Origin: Malacoraja senta | Taxonomy: Eukaryota | DNA: 62,000 nucleotides | Assembly: GCA_038087875.1 (NCBI GenBank) | Contig: CM075988.1 | Location: 6,324,001 to 6,386,000, forward strand | Direction: 5' to 3' | In this document: one piece after another, positions 24,298 to 36,890 of the stretch | How positions within the stretch are numbered: position 1 is the first letter of the stretch | How the letters are laid out: the number at the start of each line of letters is the position of its first letter | Notes under the pieces: model-generated | The model's input: only the letters and a program-made list of their open reading frames with translations | What the model was told of the DNA's origin: nothing | Databases searched by the model: none | Position numbers and translations under genes: made by a program

Positions 24298-24660
24298 ACG
24301 GCATCTTTGGAGAAAAGGAATGGGTGACCTATGGGGTCTTCACCTATGTTCAGGTCTGAAGAAGGGTCTTGACCCGAAATGTCACCCATTCCATCACTCC
24401 AGAGATGCTGCCTATCCTGCTGAGTTACTCCAGCATTTTGTGTCTATCTTTGGTTTAAACCAGCATCTGTAGTTCCTTCTAACAATCAGACCTCTGCAGG
24501 ACTGCTTCAAGTCGTTTTCTCTCCTCATCCACTCCCCCCTTCCCATCCCCTACATTCCTACATTCAGTCTGAAGAAGGGTCCCAACACAAAACGTCATCT
24601 ACCCATATTCTCCGGAGATGCTGCTTGACCCACTTAGTTACTCCAGCACTCTGTGTCCCA
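24298..24660. mobile_element. Penelope terminal-repeat fragments
   Basis: CTGAAGAAGGGTC motifs at 24356 and 24569, each with the downstream arm. Confidence 0.7.
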
Positions 24661-24823
24661 ACATGGAAAGTCTTACCCAGTCTTTGCGTTCCCACAGATT
24701 AACACAAGCCATTGGATTTTAATAAACAGCCTGGATTTTAATAAGATCCCTGACCTTTTTGAATCATTTGCCTCATTGTTTTAAATTGTTATGGTTCAGC
24801 TGCTTCACAGAGTAATAATTACC

Positions 24824-25890
24824 CAGCCAAGCTACCTGATCTCCCGGTTTTCCAAACACTTTCACTCCCTTTCCCATTCCCACACTGATCTTTCTGTCCT
24901 GGGCCTCCTCCTCCTCCTCCATTGTCAGAGGGATGCCACATGCAAATTGGAGGAACAGCACCTCATATTTCGCTTGGGCAGCTTACACCCCAGTGGTATG
25001 AACATTGTGGATTTCACTAATTTCAAGCAACCCTTGGATATCCCCTGTCTCCATCCCTCCTCCACCCCAGTCAAGGTACTAGTTTCACTGTCATCCTGCT
25101 TATATCACTATTGTATCCACTCGTTATCACCTTCTCCATAGCCAACAATGGACCATTGTGGGCTCCACCTTTCCTTGATCATCGTTGCTGGCTTTGATTT
25201 GTTCTTTTCATAACTTTCACTCATTTGTTCTTTGTCCCCTTTCATACCTCTAGTTTCCCTCTGCCCTGACTCTCAGTCTGAAGAAGGGTCCACATCACCC
25301 CGATCCTGGCCTCTCTCCACTGGCTCCCTGTGCGGTTCCGTATAAACTTCAAGATCCTCCTCCATGTCTACAAAGCCCTCAATGGGCTTGCCCCCACCTA
25401 CATAAAAAGTCTTCTCACCCACCACTCCACCTCCAGGCCCCTCAGATCGGCCGACTTGGGGTTGCTGAATATCCCGCGGTCTAGGCATAAGCTCAGGGGT
25501 GACCGCGCCTTTGCGGTTGCAGCTCCTAGACTGTGGACCAGCATCCCCTTTCCCATCAGAACTGCCCCCTCCATCGACTCTTTTAAGTCAAGACTAAAAA
25601 TGTATCTATACTCCCAAGCCTTTCCTGACGTCCTCTCAGTGAGGGCTACATGTATATATGTATGTAGTTTGTTTTGTTTATGCTATTCTTATAACAAATG
25701 TAAAGCACTTTGGCCAACGAGAGTTGTTTTTTAAAATGTGCTATATAAATAAATGTGACTTGACTTGACTTGACTTGACCTAAAACATCACCTATTCCTT
25801 CTCTCCAGAGATGCTGCCTGACCCACTGAGTTACTCCAGCATTTTGTGTCTATCTTCGGTGTAAACCAGCATCTGCAGTTCCTTCCTACA
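24824..25890 (+). mobile_element. Penelope-like 3' fragment interrupted by L2
   Basis: HFHSLSHSHTDLSVLGLL...CKLEEQHLIFRLGSLHPSGMNI matches ORF 3126-3680; the terminal repeat resumes at 25779. Confidence 0.85.
25291..25778 (+). mobile_element. L2-clade LINE 3' end
   Basis: HITPILASLHWLPVRFRINFKILLHVYKALNGLAPTYI...GDRAFAVAAPRLW...FKSRLK; AATAAA then a (TGACT)n tail. Confidence 0.9.
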
Positions 25891-26017
25891 CAGGCCTTTG
25901 CTGCTGTTGTGTGACTACACTGTACATGGCCCCGATTCAGATTCATGTCTCTGTTCTTTCCCCTCTACTCTTCCTCAGTCTTGAGATACCTTGTGTTTCT
26001 CACTCTGGGCCCCCACC

Positions 26018-26287
26018 TTGCAGCGCCAGAGACCCGGCTTCGATCCTGGCTACGGGTGCTGTCTGTATGGAGTTTGCACGTCCTCCCCGCGACCTGCGTG
26101 GGTTTTCACCGAGATTTTCGGTTTCCTCCCACACTCCAAAGACATACAGGTTTGTAGGTTAACTGGCTTGGTATAAATGTAAATTGTCCCTGGTGTGTGT
26201 AGGATAGTGTTAATGTGTGGGGTCCCTGGTCTGCGCGGACTCGGTGGGCCGAAGGGCCTGTTTCCCCGCTGTCCCTCTAAAGTAAAC
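26018..26287 (+). mobile_element. HE1-like SINE, 5'-truncated
   Basis: TTCGATCC B box, central domain and CR1-like tail. Confidence 0.8.
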
Positions 26288-27225
26288 CTCAGCTTCACAC
26301 AAACATCAGCACAAATGTTGATACTAAACACTCTCTGAAGCTTGGAATGGATCCTTGGCTGAGTGAACGTGGCTCAAAGATCTGTAAACTGCTTATTTTA
26401 ATTCACAGTTTGTGTGAACCTTGATCCAAGCAGAAATGTTCTTGGCTGTTACTCACGTTTGGGACATTCCTTCAAGTGTTTCAAAGCTCCAAGTGTGCAT
26501 GAGTCCAAACATTTAACTTCCCACTGCAATCATTTCATCACTTTTACAACATCATTGAGTATAATTTACAAACAAATTGGCTTTTCAACATAAATTGAAA
26601 ATTACAGAGCTACTGCCTGTCAGGATAGTGTGCGAGATAGTGATAGTGTGGGATAGGGCTAGTCAACAGGCTGGTCGGCGCAGACTCGGTGGGCCGAAGG
26701 ACCTGTTTCCGCGCTGTATCTCCAAACTAAACAAGCCAAACAAACAAACCACTGGTCCAGTTATTAGTGGAGGATCAATGCGAGAAGCCATATACTGTGG
26801 GCGGCTCGATTGTAATCATGTATTGTCTTTCCGCTGACTGGATAGCACGCAACAAAAAGCTTTTCACTGTACCTCGGTACATGTGACAATAAACGAAACT
26901 AAACTCAAATTAAATTCAACTGAGGGTTTAACATCAACTCTCTGAAATGCTTATCTAATTCCTTCCGACTTTTCTCCATACCTTTTGTCTGCCCTGTGCA
27001 TCTATTCCACTGTTCAACCCTTTGAGTTTGTTGGGAATCTCTTCAGGATATTCTTCACCTCTCATTGGGACAGCTAAGGAAGCCCCCGTGTCCCTCACTA
27101 CCAGATACTGTTTCAGTCCCTCTCACTTTTGTGTCCTATTTACCTCATCTCTTCGGAGACTTTTTCCTCCAATCTCCTCTGAGATTTGAAGGCCTGAGAA
27201 ATCCAACTGCTGGTACATTGGCCAC

Positions 27226-27770
27226 ATGTACACACGTGCACATACACGCACGCACGCACGCACGCACGCGCACACACACACAGACACACAGACACACACA
27301 CACATACAGACACATACCCACACAGAGACACATCCACACAGACACCCACACAGACACACACATGCACATGTACACACACACACGTACAGACACACACATA
27401 CATAGACACACACACAGACACAGACAGACACACACACAGACGCACACAGACATACACACACACAGACACAGGCACACACATACACACACACACATACAGA
27501 CACATACACGCACAGACACGCACAGACACACACACAGACGCATACCGACATACACGCACAGACACACAGACACACACACAGACGCATACCGACATACACG
27601 CACAGACACACACAGACGCATACCGACATACACGCACAGACACACACAGACACACACAGACACACACAGACACACACAGACACACACAGACACACACAGA
27701 CACACACAGACACACACAGACACACACAGACACACACACAGACGCGCACACAGACGCGCACACACACAGC
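27226..27770. repeat. Compound CA-rich microsatellite with (CACACACAGA)n block
   Basis: About 545 bp of CA/CAGA/CGCA repeats; this explains the His/Thr and Cys/Val ORFs. Confidence 0.95.
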
Positions 27771-28508
27771 GATAGAGACATAAAGCATGGAAACAGGCCC
27801 TTCGCTCCCCCGTGTCCACACCGTCCTTGAATTAATCCACACCATTCCCGTTTCATTCTCCCCGGATTCCCATCAACCCCCACATTTCAGCACTCATTTA
27901 AACTTCAGGGGCAATTTGCTGTTTTATTTAAAACAGAATGTAATAAACTACATAAAAACAGTCATTATTTACATCCATAAAAACATAGTTACAAATGAGA
28001 GATTTGCCACAATCAGTTTAGTCTAAATCAGTCTAAAATGCTCTTCACTTTAGACTGTGTTTATCTCTGAAGTACTCACTCCAAGCATTGCTAATCCCTG
28101 TGGATTACTTCTCCATATTAGCTTCACACATATCTGCTCTCACATACTTGTGTGCAATTATTATATAAATATAATTGTCTTCATAACCAAACATAACCGT
28201 AAATATATGGTGTAACGTATCCTAAACAATTCACACTCAACTTAAAACAGAAGGTCTGTAGAAGGATCCCGACCCAAAACGCCAGCAATCCAAGTTCTCC
28301 AGAAACGCTGTCTGACCTGCTGAGTTTCTTTTTCAAAAACTTTTGGTCTTTTTAGTTAACTTTAAGTCCAAAGAAAGGCCCTGGCCTGAAACGTCACCTA
28401 TCCATGGTCTCCAGAGGTGCAGCCTACACTTGAGTTACTCCAGCACTTTGAGTATTTTTTTGTAAAACAATATCTGCAGTTCCTTGTGTCCACATAATGT
28501 TTAACACA

Positions 28509-28805
28509 GGACGGCATGGTGGCGCAGCAGTTGAGTTGCTGCCTCACAGCGCCAGAGAACTGGGTTCGATCCTGACTACTGGTGCTGTCTGTATAGAGTT
28601 TGCACGTTTTCTCCGTGACCACATGGGTTTTCCGCAGGTGCTCCAGTTTCCTCTCAAACTCCAAAGACGTACAAGTTTGTAGGTTAATTGGCTGTGGTAA
28701 AAAATTGTAAATTGTCCCTGGTGTATGGGGATCAGCCCGGACTTGGTGGGCCGAAGGGCCTGTTTCTGCACTGTATCTCTGAACTAAATTGAAGTAAACT
28801 AAACA
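28509..28805 (+). mobile_element. HE1-like SINE
   Basis: TGGCGCAGCAG A box, GGTTCGATCC B box, central domain and tail. Confidence 0.85.
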
Positions 28806-29139
28806 AGACTAATAACTCTTCTCAACTACTACAGTAGTTAGAGTTATACAAAGTATTTGATACATTACTAGTTATCATTAACTCAATGACAACCAGCTTG
28901 TTTCTTCTGAAGGTTCTTCATCTCTAGGCTTTTGTTCTCAAACTGACATATAACCTGACCCCCACTTAGACTTCTTGTAGTAGACACTGTTTTTTGATTT
29001 TTTTTCCCCTGCTGTCCCTTCTGAAATAACAAATTTCTCTTGACTTACCCTCTCCTGGTTTGTCTCCAAGTCCTTTCATTCTACCAGGAACGTTTTCACT
29101 TTTATCTTGTTGCACTTTGCCTGCATTTTATTGGACTGA

Positions 29140-29411
29140 CTTTAGTCAGTACATCCAACCATGATATCACTTGAAGATCTTTGGAACAATACAGTTGGCT
29201 CTTAACGCATCCGAGTCGATCTGTGTTGATTCATGCTATTCAGCTAATCAGTGAACAATGGGACTCCATGTAAACACTGACCTCTACTCCAGAACTCCCC
29301 GTTCATCTCCCTCCATCAGTACTTCCAGTACTGGACTCAAATGAAATTACTTCACTGCATCGTCCTCGAACGAACCTTGTGCTTTTTATTTTATTTGTGG
29401 GTTTTGTAAAT
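29140..29411. repeat. Segment duplicated in inverted orientation at 60532-60802
   Basis: Manual alignment gives 2 substitutions and 1 single-base indel over about 272 bp. Confidence 0.95.
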
Positions 29412-29461
29412 GGCACAGGTTTGTGCTAAAACTCTCTAAACCATTTCTCTCTCCCCTAAAA

Positions 29462-29872
29462 TGAGTTGGAAGAAACTGCAGATGCTGGTTTACTCCAAAG
29501 ACAGACACAAAATGCTGGAGTACCTCAAACCTGCATTCCACAAAATGCAGCATCTCTGGAGAAAAGGAATAGGTGACATTCTTCAGACTGTTGAAGGATA
29601 AGTTTAGAGGGATATGGGCCAAACACAGGCAGCTGGGACTAGTGTAGATGAGACATGTTGGTCGGCGTGGGCAGGTTGAGCTGAGGGGCCTGTTTCCACA
29701 CAGTATGACTCTATGACTCTAGGTTTGTAGGTTAATTGGTTTGGTAAAAAAATTGGAAGTTGTCCCTAGTGTGTAGGATAGTGCTAGTGTACGGGGATCA
29801 CTGCTTGGCACAGACTCGATGGGCCGAAGGGCCTGTTTCAACACTATATCTCTAACCTAAAGTAAACTAAAT
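29462..29872. mobile_element. Stack of Penelope terminal repeat (-), CR1 3' UTR (+) and SINE 3' half (+)
   Basis: Three recognisable motifs in series. Confidence 0.65.
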
Positions 29873-30270
29873 CTGCCTCACTGGCTAGCCACATCGACAT
29901 AGCGAAGTGCTTAAACCTTCACTGACAGACATCCGAATACTAACCACAGAAAATCCATGACTCTCGAAGAACGTTCTTAATCTTCTCTTTATGTTACAGA
30001 AGGTATATTCTTCATTGACTCTGCCCACACACATTACAGCCCTACTCCTGGGGATATCACATTCCCATTCACTGCCTGCAGCCTCACCACAGCCCTTGAC
30101 TCACCACCATCGACCTCCTCTCAATCTCTTCAGTACACTGCATCCGCATTCTTTGGCTAAACTGCGATCTCACCCTCCTTTCATAACATCCTTACAGCCT
30201 ACGATGTCACACAGACAATGACACTATTTGAAATGCAGTGATTCTACTCAAGTCCTGCTTTGTAAAATCT

Positions 30271-30584
30271 CGGGTGGCACGGTGGCGCAGCGGTAGAGTT
30301 GCTGTCTTACAGCGCTTGCAGCGCCGGAGACCCAGGTTCGATCCCGACTACGGGTGCTGCCTGTACGGAGTTTGTACGTTCTCCCCATAACCTGCGTGGG
30401 TTTTCTCTGAGATCTTTGGTTTCCTCCCACACTCCAAAGACATACAGATTTGTAGGTTAATTGGCTTGGTGAATGTAAAAATTGTCCCTAGTGTGTGTAG
30501 GATAGTGTTAATGTGCGGGGATCGCTGGTCAGCGCGGACCTGGTGGGCCGAAGATTTCGCGCTGTATCTCAAACTAAACTAAAT
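30271..30584 (+). mobile_element. HE1-like SINE (variant with CTTGCAGCG insert in head)
   Basis: TGGCGCAGCGG A box, GGTTCGATCC B box and tail. Confidence 0.9.
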
Positions 30585-30649
30585 CTCACAAATAGAAATG
30601 TGAAAAGGCAATAAATCTATTTCTGCGATGTTGGCTGGAGGGAAAGATT

Positions 30650-30910
30650 TGATTAATTGATTGAAAGAAACTGCATGGAAACCGTATGACCCACTGAGTC
30701 CACACCGACCATTGATCACCCGCTCACACTAGTTCTATGCTATCGACTCCCTGCATATGAGGGGCACTTTACAGAATCCAATTAGCCTACAAACCCGCAA
30801 GTCTTTGGGATGTGGGAGGAAACCAGAGCACCTGGAGGAAACCCACGTGATCATTGGGAGAATGTGCAAACTGAAGGTCGGGGTCAAACCCGGGTCTCTG
30901 ATGCTGTCTG
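30650..30910 (-). mobile_element. HE1-like SINE (diverged)
   Basis: Reverse central domain GTGGGAGGAAACCAGAGCACC. Confidence 0.7.
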
Positions 30911-31004
30911 TGATGCAGTGACTACAATCAGCACTTTCCTTTTTGGTCCCGTACCTGAGGGAAACCATCCTCTCCTTGTTGAAGTGGTGCCAGGAAAGTG
31001 AAAA

Positions 31005-31310
31005 GTTTAGTTTAGTTTAGTTTAGAGATACAACTTGGAAACATGCCCTTCAGCCCATCCTGCCACCCCGACCAATGATCACCCGTACACTAGTTCTATC
31101 CTACACTCGAGGGACAATTTACAGAAGCCAATTAACCTACAAACCTGCACGTCTTTGGAGTGTGGGAGGAAACCGGAGCACCCAGAGAAAACTCACGCCA
31201 TCACAGGAAGAACGTGCAAACTCCATACAGACAGCACCCGTAGTCAGGATCGAACCCGGGTCACTGGCGCTGTGAGGCAGCAACTCTACCGCTGCACTGC
31301 TGTGCCACCC
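31005..31310 (-). mobile_element. HE1-like SINE
   Basis: Full reverse copy; an extra head fragment follows at about 31356-31395. Confidence 0.85.
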
Positions 31311-32076
31311 ATTATTCATAATTGCGAGCCGTATATAAAATATATAAAATACGACTGAACCCGGGTCTCTGGCGCAGTGAGGCAAGAACTCTACTGCTGA
31401 ACTGCCACGCCGCTCTAGAAAACAAACAGGATCTCAATTTAATGCCTTGTCTTTGAGGCAGCACCTCTGACAATGCGGCAGTACTGCAGAATAGCCTGGG
31501 TTATGTCCTCAAAATCTCTCAAACAGGGCTGGAACCCACAACAATTAAGTGATCTAAACAGCACGCTGTGCTGCAACTGGAAGCGCAGTGGCTCAAGTCA
31601 CAATGAGGAGGCTGGGGGTCAAATCCTGAACCGCTTCCTTCGCCAGCCAGTGGATTATTTATTTGGATTTGCAATATATTTCTTTGGTAGCTGTAAACAA
31701 AATAAACAGCAGCGACATTACACAAGCTCTCTGCTGGAGTACACAGAAGTGTGAAGGTTTCCTCTCGTCCCTGGAACAAGATTTATATTCCATTTGTAAA
31801 CTGTGGTTTCCTGGTCCCTGCAGTCCAATTGCTGTGTGTTTGTTTGCACAGAAATCTGCACAGGATTTCTCTGGTCTCCAGCTAACAGCTCCTGACATGG
31901 GTGCACTTTCCAAGATCAGCACACAGCTTACCAGGACTAAAATAGGAGATTGCAACTATGCTTAGTCAGCCATTCAAAGGTATTTGCTTGGTCGAATGTT
32001 GATGTACCTTTGAAGCTGAGCTACGAATTGAATCGATGGGCTGATTTCCAGCAAAAAGAAAGTGAATCCCAATTTA

Positions 32077-32250
32077 GACGGAAGATAGATACAAAATGCT
32101 GGAGTAACTCAACGGGACAGGGAGCATCTCTGGAGAGAAGGAATGGGTGACGTTTCGGGTTTCTCTAGAGATGCTGCCTGTCCCGCTGAGTTACTCCAAC
32201 ATTTTGTGTCTATCTTTGGTGTAAATCAGCATCTGCAGTTCCTTCCTACT
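32077..32250. mobile_element. Penelope-derived inverted-repeat element
   Basis: ACAAAATGCTGGAGTAACTC...GAGTTACTCCAACATTTTGT inverted arms. Confidence 0.75.
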
Positions 32251-32394
32251 CACTAAATCTCAACTTCCTGTCTCTCCCTCCTCCACACTTGATCCCCTCC
32301 CTCCCCCATCCCTGGCTCTGTTTGTATAACGCCTGATTCCTGAGGTTGACATTACACACTCTCGCTGCATCAGCTTTGTCAACCTCAGTTATTG

Positions 32395-32882
32395 CCAGCA
32401 CTCTGGCGCAGCGGTAGGGTTGCTGCCTTACAGTGCTTGCAGCACCGGAGACCCGGTTCGATCCCGACTACGGGTGCTGTCTGTCTGGAATTTGTACGTT
32501 CTCCCCTTGGCTGCATTGGTTCTCTCTGGTGCTCCAGTTTCCACCCACATTTAATTGGCCAAGTTATTTGGCTTCTATAAATTGTCCTTAGCATGTCGGA
32601 TAGAACTAGTGGACAGATGATCACTGATCGGCGTGGCCTAGGTGGGCCAAATGGCCAGCTTCCACGCTGTATCTCTAAACTAAACTAAACTAAACCAAAT
32701 TTAACTAAGGAGAACGTGGTAGAGTTGCTGCCTCACGGCACCCGAGACCCGGGTTCAATCCTGACTTTAGATGCCATTTGTGTATAGTCTGCATGTTCTT
32801 CCTTTGACCACGTGGGTTTCCTCCAGGTGCTCCGGTTTCCTCCCACATCCCAAAGACGTGCAGGTTTGTAGGTTAATTGCTC
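32395..32882 (+). mobile_element. Two tandem HE1-like SINEs
   Basis: A full copy to about 32708 followed by a 3'-truncated copy. Confidence 0.8.
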
Positions 32883-33312
32883 TACTCACCGGTCAGCCAC
32901 CATCCTCCGCCTGTTCCACCATCGAGTCTCCTTGGACCCATGGAGAATACAGACCAAGTACAATCTACATCAAGAGCTTGAGCATTGACTCATGGAAAAT
33001 TCTCAGCAATTACGTTACAGCAGGGATTTACAAAAATCTCAACAGCTGGCAATTTGATTTACTAAATCATTGCGATCATAGATTTGGCACAGAAAATGCA
33101 TCAGAGTTTCAATCAGCACAGGTTGTAAATGTGCTTGCAATATGTAAGCCTATAATGATGGCCATGTTGGAGACGTCATGGCTTTAAGTGATTGTGACTG
33201 GGCCACAAAGTGCCATCCTGCAATCCCAGACAAAGCTTAATGATCACAGAGAACAACAGCCAACTGTAAAGTAGTAGATCTACTAAGCATTCAAGTACTT
33301 ACGCACTTAAGG

Positions 33313-33950
33313 TACAGAACAGTGGAGCACTGGTAGAGTTGTTACCTCGTGGCACCAGAGACCCGGGTCCAATCCTGACTACGGGTGCTGTCTGTACAGA
33401 ATTTGTACGTTCTCCCCGTGACTGTGCGGGATTTCCCCGGGTGCTCCTGTTTCCTCCCACACTCCAAAGACGTACAGGTTTTGTAGGTTAATTGACTTCG
33501 GCAAAATTGTAAATGTTCCCTAGTGTGTAAGATAGTATTAAAGCCCTGTCCCACGGTACGAGTTCATTCCAAGAGCTCTCCCGAGTTTTTAAAAAATGAA
33601 ACTCGTGGTAAGCACGGAGAATGAACGTAGCGGGTACGTCGGCGGTCGGGGATGTTTCTTAGCGCTAACGGCAGGTACGCGGGAAGACTCGCTAACGGCA
33701 GGTAAGCACGGGAAGACGCGTGAAGATTTTTCAACATGAAGAAAAATGTCCATGAGAGCCCCGAGTACCGACGAGTGGCCATTACCGTAAATCTCCGAGT
33801 TCGAATCAAGGCAAACTCGGGAGAACTCTTGGAATGAACTCGTACCGTGGGACAGGGCTATTAGTGTGGGGGAATCACTGGTTGGTGCGGACTCGGTGGG
33901 CTGAAGGGCCTGTTTCCGCGCTGTATGTCTATACTAAACTAAAAAACTAA
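33313..33950 (+). mobile_element. HE1-like SINE interrupted by a MITE
   Basis: The SINE body is colinear across 33541-33860. Confidence 0.8.
33541..33860. mobile_element. PIF/Harbinger-like MITE
   Basis: About 48-bp imperfect TIR (AGCCCTGTCCCACGGTACGAGTTCATTCCAAGAG...); 3-bp TTA TSD. Confidence 0.8.
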
Positions 33951-34129
33951 ACCCTCAGAGCGATGTACACAAGACGGGCTTGGAGTGAACAAGGAGCATG
34001 AAGAACAAACATCCAGAGGTGTGTCGGCTATAGACAACCCCAACAAGACTCATAATGGTGGTTTTAATGCAGCTCTGACAGTGAATATCTTGATATGAGC
34101 TATGGCATTCCTGCTGGTTGTTCCACTAT

Positions 34130-34400
34130 GGGGAGACATGTATAGAAATAGAGCTTCAGCAAGATCCCATAAGACGTCGGATCACGGGCCAATCTGATCG
34201 AAGGTGACGGGGGGGAGGCCCTGCAGGAGCCTGGGGCTTACCTGGATCGGAAACCGCTCCAACAGACCGAGTGCCTGGGTGGACCGGACTTTGACCTGTG
34301 TAAATGACGCCAAAACATGGCGGCGCCTGCATGTGTAAATAAGCAACATTAATTTTCGCTGTGCAGTTGCACATGTGACAAATTAATCACCATTGAACGA
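34130..34400 (+). mobile_element. GC-rich non-autonomous element with Rex1-type tail
   Basis: Ends TTTTCGCTGTGCAGTTGCACATGTGACAAAT; homologous to 16578-16878. Confidence 0.5.
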
Positions 34401-34474
34401 TTGGACCGTTAATGATCAAGAAAGTGTTCCGTGTTTGCAGGAGACAACATGGGCAAACCAACCCTGTTGAGCAG

Positions 34475-34691
34475 AAGGTAGACAAAAGTGCTGGAGAAAC
34501 TCAGCAGGTGAGGCAGCATCTATGGAGCGAATGAAATAGGCAACGTTTCGGGTCGACACCCTTTTTCAGACCTTTCGACCCGAAACGTTGCCTATTTCCT
34601 TCGCTCCATAGATGCTGCCTCACGCGCTGAGTTTCTCCAGCATTTCTGTCTACCTTCGATTTTCCAGCATCTGCAGTTCCTTCTTAAACAA
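34475..34691. mobile_element. Penelope-derived inverted-repeat element
   Basis: Near-perfect arms of about 80 bp; 12-bp TSD CCTGTTGAGCAG at 34463-34474 and 34692-34703. Confidence 0.85.
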
Positions 34692-35694
34692 CCTGTTGAG
34701 CAGGAATTTGTTTAAGGTGCTAGAAATGTGTTTGCTTGTAGCAGCTCTTGGCTACTTTCATCTGGTCTTCACCTCATGTTTCTGGCCCCATGTCTTCTCA
34801 TCATTTCGACTTGCAATTCCTTCTCTTCACTCTCATTCTCCTCACCACATTTCAACTAGCATCATGCCATCCGTCCAAAAAAAAATCAGAATCTGCTTCT
34901 GCTTCTGACGGAAAGGACTACCTTTCAACGGGTCTGAAGAAGGGTCCTGATCCAAAATGCTGTCTACCCATTCCCTCTCCAGATGCTGCCCGACCCACTG
35001 AGTTCCTACAGCACTTTGTGTTTTGCTCAAGATCCCAGCATAGGAAGTCTCTCGTGTCTCCAGTTTTATTCTTTGCCTGGTTCAATAGTTCAACAGAGTG
35101 ACCTGCTGGGCCAGATCAGAGCGTGGGTCATCTTGGTGGGTCATCTTGGAAGGTAAGACATCTCGTCTGAAGGACATTGGGTCAGATGGTTCACTCTCCC
35201 CACCCCCGCACCGCCTCGAGCTACGGAATCTTTCAATCCCAGACGCCTTAACTCTTCCCTCATTTTATTGTGCTTTTCTTTCAAAAAGAAGGAAAAGGTT
35301 AAAAATAAATTAAATATGACACAGGCCTGAACAGGTAATAATACATCAGGAAGCCACAACCTTTGCCAGAAGCAAAGCTTTGAAGGAGCGCATTAAGCAA
35401 GAGAGATTGGGCAGGGTGGTTATAAGAAGGGTGATCTCGAGTTGGGGACCAAGGGTGAATGATGAAAGTTGGGGATGTGCCGTCTGATGGAATAAGAGGA
35501 GAACTGAAGTGGCCAGAGTAAGTTTCTCCAGCAGTCCGGTGTTGAAGTACATTGTGGAAACCCAATGACACTCAGTTCCATATGCAATTGATCAGCACTG
35601 ACTGATAATACCCTGGTAGTGTGTGATACATGAATGGGTTTCAGTGAAGTTGGCCTCCAATAAATATTTTTGTGAAAGAACAACATGTACATGT

Positions 35695-36372
35695 GCCCTT
35701 TGGCCCACCAAGCTCATGCCGACCACCGATCACCAATTCACACTCGTTTGATGTTATCCAACTTTTGAATTCGCTCCCTACATTCTAGGGCAGTTTACAA
35801 CCACCTGTTAACCTATAAATGATACGATACGATAAAACGTTATTCATCCCCGGAGGGAAATTGATCTGCCAACAGTCACGACACACAAGGTACACGAAAA
35901 CGTGAAATTAAAATTCAATTAATAGTGAGAAAAAAAAGAAAAAGTCAAGCGACTGTTGGCTGGCTGCCTTGTGCACAGCGCCTTCCGTTTAAATTCCATT
36001 TGGAATATTTTGGAGGACCAGGAAACCAAGAACCAAACCTTGACTGGAACGATCGAACAAACAAACAAACGAACGCAGAGGATTCTAAAACTAGAGTGCC
36101 ACCCCCTCCCCCATGCATGGTCCTTCATTGTTCTTCACGGCGGTCCCTCCCACGCCGGGTCCCCATTGTCTTCCCCTCCCCCCCCCCCCTCACGCTCATC
36201 GACCGTTGGTCGCGGGTAAACCTGCACATCTTTGCAATGTGGGGCAAAACCAGAGCATCTATGGTCACAGAGAAAATGTGCAAACTCCACACAGGCAGCA
36301 CCCGAGGTCAGGATCGAACCCGGGTCTCTGGAACTGTGAGGCACATATCTCTACCAGCTGCTCCATCTCGCC
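35695..36372 (-). mobile_element. HE1-like SINE interrupted by an element with Rex1-type tail (about 35820-36215)
   Basis: The insert's minus strand ends AATTTCCCTCCGGGGATGAATAA with an (ATCGT)n tail; the SINE resumes at AAACCTGCACATC. Confidence 0.6.
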
Positions 36373-36377
36373 ATTGT

Positions 36378-36890
36378 AGATACATAGATGCATAGAAAAT
36401 AGGTGCAGGAGTAGGCCATTCGGCCCTTCGAGCCTGCACCGCCATTCAATATGATCATGGCTGATCATCCAACTCAGTATCCCGTACCGGCCTTCTCTCT
36501 ATACCCCCTGATCCCCTTAGCCACAAGGGCCACATCTAACTCCCTCTTAAATATAGCCAATGAACTGGCCTCAACTACCCTCTGTGGCAGAGAGTTCCAG
36601 AGATTCACCACTCTCTGGGTGAAAACTTTTTTCCTCATCTCGGTCTTAAAGGATTTCCCCCTTATCCTTAAGCTGTGACCCCTTGTCCTGGACTTCCCCA
36701 ACATCGGGAACAATCTTCCTGCATCTAGCCTGTCCAACCCCATAAGAATTTTGTACGTTTCTATAAGATCCCCTCTCAATCTCCTAAATTCTAGCGAGTA
36801 TAAGCCAAGTCTATCTAGTCTTTCTTCATATGAAAGTCCTGACATCCCAGGAATCAGTCTGGTGAACCTTCTCTGCACTCCCTCTATGGC
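36378..36890 (-). mobile_element. Young CR1 LINE 3' fragment
   Basis: [49 protein letters not shown]...; nearly identical to 60015-60515. Confidence 0.92.

Noticed and set aside
27065..27883. Long His/Thr-rich and Cys/Val-rich ORFs (224-247 aa)
   Set aside because: They are translations of the CA microsatellite.
30271..30350. tRNA gene
   Set aside because: The A/B boxes belong to a SINE head that continues into a SINE body; the same holds for all copies.
36378..36890. Local inverted duplication of 60015-60515
   Set aside because: Similarity is confined to CR1 sequence and is explained by independent insertions of one young subfamily.
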